DNA of 64,000 nt from Candidatus Aldehydirespiratoraceae bacterium (GTDB taxonomy: Bacteria > Actinomycetota > Acidimicrobiia > Acidimicrobiales > Aldehydirespiratoraceae). The stretch covers positions 2,006,244-2,070,243 of the forward strand of contig OZ242187.1 in NCBI GenBank assembly GCA_965205465.1. Reading direction: 5' to 3'. The translations under genes and the position numbers were made by a program. Of the stretch, positions 24,725 through 34,020 are shown piece by piece. Positions within the stretch are counted from its first letter, which is position 1. Every line of letters starts with the position of its first letter. The notes under the pieces are model-generated. The model made no database searches and was not told where the DNA came from. It saw only the letters and a list, made by a program, of their open reading frames with translations.

Positions 24725-24990
24725 CGACCAACACGACCAACACGACCACACGACCAACACGACCAACACGACCAACACGACCAACACGACCAACACGACC
24801 AACACGACCAACACGACCAACACGACCAACACGACCACACGACCACACGACCAACACGACCAACACGACCAACACGACCAACACGACCAACACGACCAAC
24901 ACGACCAACACGACCACACGACCAACACGACCAACACGACCAACACGACCACACGACCAACACGACCACCCGACCAACACGACCACCCGA
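24725..24990. repeat. about 30-unit minisatellite of 9-bp CGACCAACA with interspersed 8-bp CGACCACA units
   Basis: Read directly. Intergenic, between stop 24711 and start 24999. All six frames are open across it. Confidence 0.95.
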
Positions 24991-24998
24991 TCTAATGA

Positions 24999-26687
24999 GT
25001 GCCTGATCTAATGAAAACAGTGCTGCCCAGTGGAAATTTCGCCTCGGCCTTGAGATCGGTCACGTCACAGCACGAATCGGTGCCCTTTCTGATCGAACCT
25101 CGCGGGCAGACTTACAGCTACGGCCAGATTGACGACCTAGCGGCACGCTACGCACACGTTCTCAACGCCCACGGTGCCGGCGCCGGCGACCGGGTGCTCG
25201 TACAGGTCTACAAGTGCGTCGAAGCGGTTGCTCTATATCTCGCGTGTCTGCGGGCGGGGACCGTTCACGTCCCTTTGAACCCTGCTTTCACCGCGGAGGA
25301 ACTCGACTACTTCTTGAGCGACGCCAATCCAGCGGTGGTTGTACTCGATCCCACCTCAGCGGCTGTCCAAACAGCGGCCGGCAACGACCGTCGCATTCTC
25401 ACCCTCGCCCCCGGGGGAAAGGGCACGCTCACGGCGCGGGCCAGCGCGGCCGAAACCCAAGCCATCCGGGCCGCCACCGCGCCAATTGTCGACCGCCAAG
25501 ACGACGACCTCGCCGTGCTGCTCTACACCTCAGGAACCACCGGTCGGCCAAAGGGCGCAGCGCTCAGCAACGCCAACCTGCGGCACAACGCCAAAGCGCT
25601 CCACAACATCTGGCACTTCAACCGCAGCGATCACCTCCTTCACTGCCTGCCGATATTCCACACCCATGGACTGTTCGTGGCCCTCCACTGCGCCATGCTC
25701 TCAGCGATTCCGGTGACTTTCCTTGCCAGGTTCGACTCTGAGCGAGTACTCGACTCGCTTCCAAATACAACCGTGATGATGGGCGTGCCCACGCACTACA
25801 GCCGACTGCTGCAGAACCCGCGATTGAATGCTGAACTGGCCAGCGGAATTCGGCTGTTCACTTGCGGATCAGCCCCGCTACGCGACTCGGTGTTCGCAGA
25901 GTTCACCAAACGCACCGGGCACCGAATCTGTGAGCGATACGGCATGAGCGAAACGGGAATCATCACCTCCAACCCATATCACGACATGCGCGTAGCGGGC
26001 ACCGTGGGCTATCCCCTACCGGGGGTCGAACTGCGGATTGTCGACAACAAGACAGGGGACAACACAACAGGATCAGCCGAACCACCAGAACCCACCGGAA
26101 CAGAACCAGCCGGTACGGAAGTCGGGCCAGAACCTGAACCAGCCGGAACAGAACCAGCCGGAACAGAACCAGCCGGAACAGAAACCGTCGGGTCTGAAGT
26201 CGTCGGCTCAGTGGAGGTACGCGGTCCGAATGTGTTCTCCGGCTACTGGCGCGGCAGACTTGGCGACGCGGACACAGCCCTCAACGCCGCGACGGACAAA
26301 GACGGATGGTTCACAACCGGCGATCTCGGGAGCCTCGACGAAAGTGGCCGCCTGACCCTGCAAGGCCGATCCGGTGACCTGATTATCAGCGGCGGCGAGA
26401 ACATTCATCCCAAAGAAATCGAACTCGTGCTCGACGAAGTTGCCGGGATACGGGAATCGGCGGTGATCGGAGTACCTGACCGAGACCTCGGCGAAGCAGT
26501 GACGGCCATCATCGTTGTGGACGACGAAATATTCGCTCTCGACAATTGCACCGCGGAACTGGCAAGAAAACTGAGCCGTTACAAGCATCCGAAACAGATC
26601 CTGATAGTTCCATCGCTGCCCCGAAACGCCATGGGGAAAGTCCAGAAAAACGCCTTACGAGAGCAGCACCAAGGTTTCTACCGCTAA
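24999..26687 (+). CDS. AMP-dependent acyl-CoA synthetase/ligase (malonyl-CoA-synthetase-like) with a Pro/Glu/Thr-rich repeat insertion
   Basis: AMP-binding motif 'LLYTSGTTGRPKGA', plus 'GY...GE.G' and the C-terminal 'PRN.MGKV.K..LR'. Confidence 0.9.
   Translation: MPDLMKTVLPSGNFASALRSVTSQHESVPFLIEPRGQTYSYGQIDDLAARYAHVLNAHGAGAGDRVLVQVYKCVEAVALYLACLRAGTVHVPLNPAFTAEELDYFLSDANPAVVVLDPTSAAVQTAAGNDRRILTLAPGGKGTLTARASAAETQAIRAATAPIVDRQDDDLAVLLYTSGTTGRPKGAALSNANLRHNAKALHNIWHFNRSDHLLHCLPIFHTHGLFVALHCAMLSAIPVTFLARFDSERVLDSLPNTTVMMGVPTHYSRLLQNPRLNAELASGIRLFTCGSAPLRDSVFAEFTKRTGHRICERYGMSETGIITSNPYHDMRVAGTVGYPLPGVELRIVDNKTGDNTTGSAEPPEPTGTEPAGTEVGPEPEPAGTEPAGTEPAGTETVGSEVVGSVEVRGPNVFSGYWRGRLGDADTALNAATDKDGWFTTGDLGSLDESGRLTLQGRSGDLIISGGENIHPKEIELVLDEVAGIRESAVIGVPDRDLGEAVTAIIVVDDEIFALDNCTAELARKLSRYKHPKQILIVPSLPRNAMGKVQKNALREQHQGFYR
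26088..26200 (+). repeat. in-frame 15-bp repeats (EPAGT) inside the acyl-CoA synthetase
   Basis: GAACCAGCCGGAACA occurs 3 times perfectly (26136-26180), with degenerate copies on both sides. Confidence 0.85.
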
Positions 26688-26893
26688 CCCGTGACGAGGC
26701 TGGCAAGGGCCCAGACAGCAGCGACCAGGCCAACCACGATGAACACGATGCTACGACCGAGCGGTGCCCGCTCCAGATCACCTTGGCGACGCTGCGTGGC
26801 CGCCGGGCGCAGCAAAGCCAGTAAATTGCCGACCGCCATCGCGCCGCCGAGCGCCAACACCAGCCACACCAGCAGATCCTCACCGAGAAACAT
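26684..26893 (-). CDS. small two-TM membrane protein
   Basis: The ATG abuts the dnaB stop (26894). There are two hydrophobic segments. No motif recognised. Confidence 0.45.
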   Translation of the reverse strand: MFLGEDLLVWLVLALGGAMAVGNLLALLRPAATQRRQGDLERAPLGRSIVFIVVGLVAAVWALASLVTG

Positions 26894-28252
26894 TCAGATT
26901 GCCCGGGTTTCCAGGTTCCTGAACGACGTCAATCTGGGCACGAAGTTGAGGTTGACTGTGCCGGTTGGCCCATTGCGGTGTTTGGCAATAATCACTTCGG
27001 CCAAGCCTTCAGTCGTCTGGTCAGTGGGGTTGTACACCTCGTCGCGATACAGAAACAAGACCACATCGGCATCCTGCTCAATCGAACCCGACTCGCGAAG
27101 ATCAGACAGCATCGGACGCTTGTCCTGACGACTCTCAAGGGTTCGCGAAAGCTGGGAAACACCGATTACCGGGCACTTCAACTCACGGGCCAGAATCTTC
27201 AAGCCACGACTAATCTCAGCCACCTCAACCTGACGACTCTCAGCACGAGAACGACCCGTCATCAACTGGAGATAGTCGACTACCACCAAACCAAGATCGC
27301 CAATGGAGCTCTTCAGTCGCCGCGCCTTCGAGCGGATATCCATAATCGTCGGATTCGGGTTGTCGTCAAGCCACAACGGCACATTCTTAAGACGGGCGAT
27401 GGTGGACGTGATCCGTTTCCATTCATGCTCCTTGACTCGGCCATCGCTCATGTCCTTGGAGTCGACACGAGTCTCAGCCGACAGGATGCGCTGACTGATC
27501 TCCATATGGCCCATCTCCAAACTGAAGACGAGGACAGGTTTTTGTTCGCGGATCGCAGCATGGCTGGCGATGTTGAGGATGAAAGAAGTCTTGCCCATGG
27601 CAGGCCGAGCGCCGACCACGATGAAAGCGTTGGGCTGCAACCCCGACAACTTTTGGTCAAGATCAACAAATCCGGTTGGCGTGCCGACAATGCCCTTCCC
27701 AGACTCGTTACGAGCAATGAGGTGCTCCAGTGTCTCCTTGAGGAGCACTTCGATCTTGCTCATCGACTCGGTGTCTTGACCTTCTGCGATCTGAAACACC
27801 ATGTTTTCAGCCTCGTCGATGGCTGCAATAGCGTCACTGGGCTGGCTGTAACCGATCTCGGCGATTTCGCTCGCAACTCGGATCAGTTTTCTGAGCATGA
27901 AGTGCTCGCGCACGATGCTGGCGTACTTCGCAGCGTTCGACGATGCCGGCGTGTTCATTTGCAAGCGATGCAAGCCCTCAAGCCCGCCAACTGCTTCTGC
28001 TACGCCGGCTCGCTCTATTTCAACCGCGACCGTGACCGGGTCAACCGGGTCGCCAGCGGCATACAACGCAGCAATGGCATCGTAAACGTGGGCGTGTGCC
28101 GGCCGATAGAACTGCTCAGCGCTGACGAGTTCGATGGAGTCCGCTATTGCGTGACTCGAAAGCAACATGGCACCGAGCAAAGACTCCTCAGCCTCAAGGT
28201 TGTGGGGAGGCACACGACTGTCATGCCGCGTGCTGGTTTGAGTCATCGCCAT
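26894..28252 (-). CDS. dnaB: replicative DNA helicase DnaB
   Basis: 'PPHNLEAEESLLGAMLLS', Walker A 'GARPAMGKTSF', 'VVVDYLQLM' and 'SQLSR..E.R.DKRP.LSDLRESG.IEQDAD' are all present. No intein. Confidence 0.95.
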   Translation of the reverse strand: MAMTQTSTRHDSRVPPHNLEAEESLLGAMLLSSHAIADSIELVSAEQFYRPAHAHVYDAIAALYAAGDPVDPVTVAVEIERAGVAEAVGGLEGLHRLQMNTPASSNAAKYASIVREHFMLRKLIRVASEIAEIGYSQPSDAIAAIDEAENMVFQIAEGQDTESMSKIEVLLKETLEHLIARNESGKGIVGTPTGFVDLDQKLSGLQPNAFIVVGARPAMGKTSFILNIASHAAIREQKPVLVFSLEMGHMEISQRILSAETRVDSKDMSDGRVKEHEWKRITSTIARLKNVPLWLDDNPNPTIMDIRSKARRLKSSIGDLGLVVVDYLQLMTGRSRAESRQVEVAEISRGLKILARELKCPVIGVSQLSRTLESRQDKRPMLSDLRESGSIEQDADVVLFLYRDEVYNPTDQTTEGLAEVIIAKHRNGPTGTVNLNFVPRLTSFRNLETRAI

Positions 28253-28450
28253 TCGTTCGTCACCTGATCGTCACCCGTTCGTCATCTGAGCCAACTATTA
28301 AATTGGCCCGCTTCCCCCGTGGGAGTCCAGGGGAAATCGTCATATTTCTGGGGATTTCTTGTGTACTTTCCACAACGGCGGACGCGCGCCTCTCAAACCG
28401 CCGGCAAACACGAGATATCAAGCTGTTGTCACCGGAGGGCGACAACCAGC

Positions 28451-28897
28451 TCACTCTGGAATTACCTCCACCGTGACCGGGAACTCCACTTCGTCTTGAA
28501 GCTTGCAGTTCACCGATACTTGGCCAAGTTCTTTCAGCGGAGCGTCCAGCGCCAAGGTATGACGATCGATAACAACACCGGCCTGCGCCTCGACGGCTGC
28601 AACGATGTCGAAGTTGCTCACTGAACCAAACAGGCGACCACCTTCTCCGGCGCGTGCGCTGATGGTTATCACCATCGGAACCAGGCGTGCAGCAATCTCT
28701 TCGGCCTCCGCCCGACTCTTGGCATCTCGCAAGACCGCAGAACGGCGCATCGACTCAGCCTGAACCTCCACGCCCTTGCTCGCCTTCAGAGCCAACCCGC
28801 GAGGAGACAACAGGTTGCGAAAATAGCCATCGGCAACATCGCAGATCTCGCCCTTGCGACCGAGACCAGCGACATCTTGACGGAGAACGACCTTCAT
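28451..28897 (-). CDS. rplI: 50S ribosomal protein L9
   Basis: '[32 protein letters not shown]' matches L9. Its ATG overlaps the rpsR stop (ATGA). Confidence 0.95.
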   Translation of the reverse strand: MKVVLRQDVAGLGRKGEICDVADGYFRNLLSPRGLALKASKGVEVQAESMRRSAVLRDAKSRAEAEEIAARLVPMVITISARAGEGGRLFGSVSNFDIVAAVEAQAGVVIDRHTLALDAPLKELGQVSVNCKLQDEVEFPVTVEVIPE

Positions 28898-29340
28898 GCT
28901 CTGCTCGATTCAGTAGCCGCAAAGCCTGCACCAGAGACGTCATCAGCACCAGCAGCGTGATCAGCCTCTTCGTAGATGTCGTCGTCTTCATCACGAGAAG
29001 CAGGTGGCGGACCGCTAGGGCGCGGCAACGGAGCATCGGCACGACTGATGCGATCACGATCACCCCGGCCGCTGCGTTGAGTGGTCACCCGGTTGGCGTA
29101 CGGGACAAGGGCCATTTCACGAGCAATCTTGATGGCGTCGGCAACCATCTTCTGTTGCTGAGTGTTGTTGCCTGTGACACGGCGAGCGCGGATCTTGGAT
29201 CGCTCAGACAAGAATCGCCGAAGAAGGTTGGCGTCCTTCCAATCCACGTACTCAATCTTCTCGACGTTGAGGATCGAGATCTTCTTCTTGACCCTGCGGC
29301 CACTGTCCTTGGGTTTGCCCCGCTTCTTTACCTTGGCCAT
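28894..29340 (-). CDS. rpsR: 30S ribosomal protein S18 with a ~65-aa C-terminal extension
   Basis: '[26 protein letters not shown]...QQQ..VA.AIK.ARE.AL.PY' is the S18 core. It is followed by a Pro/Asp-rich tail. Confidence 0.9.
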   Translation of the reverse strand: MAKVKKRGKPKDSGRRVKKKISILNVEKIEYVDWKDANLLRRFLSERSKIRARRVTGNNTQQQKMVADAIKIAREMALVPYANRVTTQRSGRGDRDRISRADAPLPRPSGPPPASRDEDDDIYEEADHAAGADDVSGAGFAATESSRA

Positions 29341-29418
29341 TACTTCTCCAGTTCTGTCGTTTGTGTTCTTGTCGTTCGTGGTTGATGTTCGGTGCGCAAG
29401 CCGCTGCTCGCTGACGAG

Positions 29419-29898
29419 CTAGAACGGCTCCTCATCAAGGTCATACGTTGGTTGAGGCTGAGAGCTTTCGGAAGGCTGAGAGCTTTCGGGAGCCTGCGAC
29501 CTAGCAGCGCCCCCGCCGCTTGGTCGGCCGCCACCCTCAGCGCCGCCTCGGAACTCATTGCGGGTGACCTCAGCTGACGCCCACTTGAGGCTCGGCGCCA
29601 CATCGTCAGCAAGGATCTCTATCTTCGAGCGGCGCTCGCCTTGCTGGTTCTCCCAGTTTCGCTGCGTAAGCGTGCCATAAATGACGACCCGCGCCCCCTT
29701 ACTGATCGAATCAGCAACATTCTCAGCAAGCTGACGGAAACAGGTCACGTCGAAGAACGAAACCTCTTCCTCGCCATCACTCTTTTTCTTGTTCCAGGCC
29801 ACGCCGAAGTTGGCGACGGCCAGTCCGCCCTGCGTAAAGCGCAGTTCTGGATCGCGGGTCACGTTGCCCACGACAGTTACAGTGTTATCAAATCCCAT
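29419..29898 (-). CDS. ssb: single-stranded DNA-binding protein
   Basis: OB-fold N-terminus 'VTVVGNVTRDPELRFTQGGLAVANFGVA', a Gly-rich linker and an acidic tip 'DLDEEPF'. Confidence 0.95.
   Translation of the reverse strand: MGFDNTVTVVGNVTRDPELRFTQGGLAVANFGVAWNKKKSDGEEEVSFFDVTCFRQLAENVADSISKGARVVIYGTLTQRNWENQQGERRSKIEILADDVAPSLKWASAEVTRNEFRGGAEGGGRPSGGGAARSQAPESSQPSESSQPQPTYDLDEEPF
29456..29491 (-). repeat. 2 x 18-bp in-frame repeat (SESSQP) in the ssb linker
   Basis: GGCTGAGAGCTTTCGG[AA/GA] duplicated, plus-strand reading. Confidence 0.85.
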
Positions 29899-29922
29899 GT
29901 AGGTACCTCCTGGTAAACCGGC

Positions 29923-30270
29923 CTATGCCGGTACCGTCTCCCCAAACAGACCGCGGCGAGCCGCTTCCTTTTCTGGGAGACGAAAAAGCTTGTGGCGGAC
30001 AATGTCGTCCGCGAGACGCAACTGGCGTTCGGTGTTGGGAAGACCCGCCGATTCGGTGACGATCTCCCACACCACATAGGTGCCTTCAACCTTGTGCTGG
30101 ATCTCGTACGCAAACCGACGACGACCCCAATTGTCGGTGGACGCAATCCGGCCACCTTCGTCGACAATAAGGCCGTCGATGCGAGAGATCACCGCATCTA
30201 TATCGCCATCATCAACATCAGAGTCGACGATGATCATCAATTCATACGCTCGAGAAATATCCACGAGCAC
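29923..30270 (-). CDS. rpsF: 30S ribosomal protein S6
   Basis: 'RAYELMIIVDSDV' and '...NWGRRRFAYEI......GTYVV' match S6. AGGAGG lies upstream, and either of two GTG starts is possible. Confidence 0.9.
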   Translation of the reverse strand: MLVDISRAYELMIIVDSDVDDGDIDAVISRIDGLIVDEGGRIASTDNWGRRRFAYEIQHKVEGTYVVWEIVTESAGLPNTERQLRLADDIVRHKLFRLPEKEAARRGLFGETVPA

Positions 30271-30489
30271 TCACCTCCTACGGACCCGACAAAGCCGGGG
30301 CCCCTTCCCGGGGCAGGGGTTGCTGGCTGAAGTTGTTTCCTTTCGGAGTTGCTTCCGTTGGAAACGCCACCTGGGGGAATCGCTTAAGACTACCGGCGCA
30401 AACCGCATGCCCACACCTTGAAAAACTGCATGGTCACATCTTGTCAGGGGGGTGTGACACTGCCCCCGGACAAGGCAGCCAACAGCGCT

Positions 30490-31338
30490 TTATTCAGCGC
30501 CGTAGAGTTCCAGTTCGGAAGCCTCAGCGTCGGCCATGTGATAGCTCTCGGCATGGTTGGGGAACGCACCAGAACGCACATCAGCGGCATAAGCAGCAAC
30601 CGCCGACACCGACACAGACTTCACATCCGCGTACCTCCGCACGAACTTCGGCACAAAGCGATCCTCAATGCCCAAGAGGTCGTGGTAAACGAGCACTTGG
30701 CCATCACAGCGAGAACCCGCCCCAATCCCGATCGTCGGAATATCGACAGCGTCGGTGACCATCTCGGCAACCCGATCAGGCACGCCCTCAAGAACCACCG
30801 CGTAACAACCGGCATGAGCCAGCGACTTCGCTGCCTGCACCAGCTTGCGGGCATGTTCAGCCTGCTTGGCCTGCACCTTGAAACCACCCATCGCATGAAT
30901 CGACTGAGGCGTAAGACCAATGTGACCCATCACCGGAATCTCCGCGGCGATGATCCGATCGATCATCGGCAACCGCTTGCGGCCACCCTCAAGCTTGATG
31001 GAATGAGCACCCGCGCGCATCAGCCGGGCCGCGTTCTGAACCGTCTCCTCCGGAGAAACGTGATAACTCATCCACGGCATATCAGCCACGATGTGACAGT
31101 CCGGTTCGACCCGGGCGACAGCCGCGGTGTGATGACACATATCGTCGATGGTCACCTGAAGCGTGTCGTCGTAGCCGAGCACAACCATGGCAAGGCTGTC
31201 ACCCACCAAAATGATGTCGGCACCAGCCTCCGACGAAATACGCGCACCAGGCGCATCGTACGCAGTCACCATCACCAGAGGATCGTCACCTGCACGAACC
31301 TTCTTGCATGCAATCGCAGGGGCAGTGAGCTTGCCCAT
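30490..31338 (-). CDS. panB: 3-methyl-2-oxobutanoate hydroxymethyltransferase
   Basis: 'VMVTAYDAP.A......GAD.ILVGDSLAMVVLGYD.TL.VT.DDM.HHT.AV' matches PanB. ATG 31338 is preceded by AAGGAG. Confidence 0.9.
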   Translation of the reverse strand: MGKLTAPAIACKKVRAGDDPLVMVTAYDAPGARISSEAGADIILVGDSLAMVVLGYDDTLQVTIDDMCHHTAAVARVEPDCHIVADMPWMSYHVSPEETVQNAARLMRAGAHSIKLEGGRKRLPMIDRIIAAEIPVMGHIGLTPQSIHAMGGFKVQAKQAEHARKLVQAAKSLAHAGCYAVVLEGVPDRVAEMVTDAVDIPTIGIGAGSRCDGQVLVYHDLLGIEDRFVPKFVRRYADVKSVSVSAVAAYAADVRSGAFPNHAESYHMADAEASELELYGAE

Positions 31339-31535
31339 GTCTGACTCCTTTCCCGTCCAGCGCTCTGTGACCAGGTAGGTCTGTGGCTGCCGGCGGTGAA
31401 CACAGACTAGCGGATCAATCCGTGCAACTCCAAGCCATAACAAGGCGAACAACAGTGAAGACCGTGAAGACCATGAAGGAAAAGAAAACCAGGAAGAAAC
31501 AGAAAACAGTGAAGCCTTCATGTACTCTTTCAGGG

Positions 31536-32774
31536 ATGGAGAGAGAACGACCTCGTTACTTTCCCGATGATGCCGACATCCCCGACGTGGCGCCTTTCAC
31601 CCCCGGGTTCGGGAGCACGCCACCGTGTCTGGTGGGCCGAGACGAACTGATCCGCGACGTGTGCGCCCATTTGGCTCGCGACCCTGCTGGCGAAGGAACC
31701 GCGAATGTGCTGCTGGCTCCTCGGGGTCTAGGTAAAACGGTCGTGTTGAACGAGATAGAGGACGCCGCCCGAGCAGAACGCGGCTGGCTGGTCCTGTCAG
31801 TCTCCGGCACCGACGGCGACCCACTCATCGAAACGCACAAACAAGTCCTTCAAGCGCAAGCCTCATTGGAGCAAGCTCACGGCCAACCCACCAATAATCC
31901 AATATCGGGCATCCGCTTTGGAGCCGGAGGGTTCTCGGCTGGCGTCTCGTTCAAGGAAACGTCCGATCAGAGGCGCACCCGCTACGGCGATGACCTTCGA
32001 CGCGATCTGACCGAACTCGCAGACGCAGCCGACCAAATCGGTTCCCGGGTCTTGCTCACCATGGATGAGATGCACGCTATCCCGCTGGCCAAAGCTCGCA
32101 AGTTCGGGTCATACATTCAGCACATCGCAAAGCGCGAACGCAAAGCGTTGGTGTACGTCGGAGCAGCGCTGCCATACATTACCGAAACCCTGCTGGCCGA
32201 CCGGAAATCGACCTTCCTACAACGTCTTGCCGTCCACAGCCTGGATCTCCTATCCAACCCAGACACACGACGCGGGCTGCAAGAACCGATCCGAGAGCAC
32301 GGGGGCCGAATAGGCGGAGACGCTCTGGACATCGCTTGCTCGGCTGTGGCCGGTCACCCCTACATGCTCCAGTTGGTCGGAGACAGAATGTGGAGCGCCG
32401 CTGGCGGTGCAGGCAAGCAGATCACCGTCAACCACGCCAAGGCAGCCGTCAGCCAAGCCAGAGAAACGCTGGAAGACCAACTGTTCACCCCAACCTGGCA
32501 CAACCTGTCCGACACCGACAAGCGGTTTGCCGGTGCCATGGCCGTCCTTTCTGAGCGAGATCAATCGCCTCGGGTCGTTGCGATCTGCGAAGAGGCCGGA
32601 ATCAACATGACCAGCGCCAACACGTATCGCAGGCGGCAACTGTTGTCGGGAATGGTCAGCCCCGCTGGACGAGGTCGGTTGAAGTTCGCCCACCCTTCAA
32701 TCGGACCATGGCTGCGCCGGACAATCGCCAGGGGCTCCGTGCGTATCCCCGAAGCGCCCCTGCCCGGCATCTGA
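31536..32774 (+). CDS. AAA/STAND-like ATP-binding protein (archaeal-ATPase / DUF234-like architecture)
   Basis: Walker A 'LLAPRGLGKT' and Walker B 'VLLTMDEMH'. The C-terminal region looks winged-helix-like. ATG at 31536. Confidence 0.65.
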   Translation: MERERPRYFPDDADIPDVAPFTPGFGSTPPCLVGRDELIRDVCAHLARDPAGEGTANVLLAPRGLGKTVVLNEIEDAARAERGWLVLSVSGTDGDPLIETHKQVLQAQASLEQAHGQPTNNPISGIRFGAGGFSAGVSFKETSDQRRTRYGDDLRRDLTELADAADQIGSRVLLTMDEMHAIPLAKARKFGSYIQHIAKRERKALVYVGAALPYITETLLADRKSTFLQRLAVHSLDLLSNPDTRRGLQEPIREHGGRIGGDALDIACSAVAGHPYMLQLVGDRMWSAAGGAGKQITVNHAKAAVSQARETLEDQLFTPTWHNLSDTDKRFAGAMAVLSERDQSPRVVAICEEAGINMTSANTYRRRQLLSGMVSPAGRGRLKFAHPSIGPWLRRTIARGSVRIPEAPLPGI

Positions 32775-32849
32775 TCAAGTCTTGCTGCCGCATTGACTGT
32801 GTCTCACTGATACAGATGTGAGGCGCTGCCGACCGATACGCGGTCCGGT

Positions 32850-33317
32850 TCATCCCCCCACTCCCTCAACGCCCTCAACCGCTTCAACCGCGCAACCCCC
32901 GACCGAACGGCTCTTCGTCAGATGGTTCCAGCCGCAATCCGTGCACACCTCAACCACGTAGCCACGCGACGGTTGCTTGCGAGCATTGAGCCGAGTCATC
33001 TCCTTGTCGCTAGTGACACAGCGACCATGCCCCGGCAGCCGCGGACCGAACACATAGGTGACCTCAACCAGCCCATCCGTCTCACAGACCGGGCAGGGCA
33101 ACTCCAGAGGCCGTCCACAAAACTCGGCGTTGCGGCGCAACTCCGGTTGAGCATCACACAACTCAGAAATACCGACCTTGCCGTCACGCCAAGCACTCAG
33201 AGTCATCTCGCGCATCAAGCGATAGTCGATGCCCGCATCGCCACCAACGGCGGAAGTCAATCCCATCTTCACGCCCATCACAGTAACCGTCCACGCATGT
33301 CCAGCGCACGACGACAA
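32850..33317 (-). CDS. DUF5318-family protein
   Basis: 'IDYRL.R...L...R.G.....E.CDA.P.L.R.A...G......CP.C......V.YVFG..L...GRC......L' with two Cys pairs fits the actinobacterial family. Start uncertain. Confidence 0.65.
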   Translation of the reverse strand: MSSCAGHAWTVTVMGVKMGLTSAVGGDAGIDYRLMREMTLSAWRDGKVGISELCDAQPELRRNAEFCGRPLELPCPVCETDGLVEVTYVFGPRLPGHGRCVTSDKEMTRLNARKQPSRGYVVEVCTDCGWNHLTKSRSVGGCAVEAVEGVEGVGG

Positions 33318-33328
33318 GAATCAACACC

Positions 33329-33964
33329 ATGCAACTGCACGACACACGAGCTCCAACAGACCGACCAATCGACTACGTCGACCTCGGCCTCGGCGTAGAA
33401 CCCGCACTCGATCGCCGCCTCATCGGCCACGTCTCAGGAAGGCGCGTTCTAGAACTGGGATGCGGCCAAGGGCACGCCGCGGTGGGGCTGGCGCTGCGAG
33501 GCGCACGAGTCACAGCAATCGACGAAGACGTCAAGCAACTGCGGGCCGCGCGGGAGCTGGCGATACACCACGAAACCACCGTCGAGTTCCATCAAACCCA
33601 ACTCGCTGAACTGGCTTTCTTGACCGCCGACCAAATCGACCTGGCAATCTCGGTGACCTCGCTGTGTTACGTCAAAGACCTCAACCGCGTGGTCCGACAA
33701 GTCCACCGCGTCATCAAACCCGGCGGCCATCTGCTCATCTCGCTCCCCCACCCCGCGGCACTGTGTGCCGACCCGGACAACCCCGCTCTAACAGTCCGCC
33801 GGTGGACCGGCACTCGCCCGATCAAAGGACGCTATATCCACACCATCGAATCCATCGTGTCATCGCTGTGCCGCGCCAAATTCGTCGTAGACACATTGCT
33901 CGAACGGCACATCGAAGACACCCTGCTACCCGCAACCCTGCTCACCCGAGCCCGCAAACCCTGA
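33329..33964 (+). CDS. class I SAM-dependent methyltransferase
   Basis: Motif I 'VLELGCGQGHAAVGLALRGARVTAIDEDV' and post-I 'KPGGHLLIS'. Confidence 0.8.
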   Translation: MQLHDTRAPTDRPIDYVDLGLGVEPALDRRLIGHVSGRRVLELGCGQGHAAVGLALRGARVTAIDEDVKQLRAARELAIHHETTVEFHQTQLAELAFLTADQIDLAISVTSLCYVKDLNRVVRQVHRVIKPGGHLLISLPHPAALCADPDNPALTVRRWTGTRPIKGRYIHTIESIVSSLCRAKFVVDTLLERHIEDTLLPATLLTRARKP

Positions 33965-34020
33965 GCGAGCCTCCAGAGCAATCCGCCAGAGCAATCCGCT
34001 CGGCCTCGAAGCAGACCTGA

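Noticed and set aside
24725-24990. Considered whether this or any other array (10504, 18816, 40681) is a CRISPR locus
   Set aside because: The units are contiguous tandem copies of 9-48 bp without unique spacers, and no cas genes are present.
24509-25006. Several ORFs (for example 24716..25006 'DQHDQH', and 24509..24952 'VVLVVL/WSCWSC') across the 9-bp minisatellite
   Set aside because: All six frames are open only because the repeat lacks stop triplets. The sequences are pure repeat translations with no start context.
26978-28267. 429-aa plus-strand ORF antisense to dnaB
   Set aside because: dnaB on the minus strand has unmistakable helicase motifs. The antisense product has no recognisable features.
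28253-28450. DnaA-box-like CTTTCCACA in the rplI-dnaB spacer
   Set aside because: It is a single 2-mismatch 9-mer, which is expected by chance.
30418-31344. 308-aa plus-strand ORF antisense to panB, and the N-terminal extension of the panB ORF to 31521
   Set aside because: PanB motifs are on the minus strand, starting at ATG 31338 with AAGGAG. The upstream extension ('MKASLFSVSSWFSF...') has no support and would overlap the divergent ATPase gene region.
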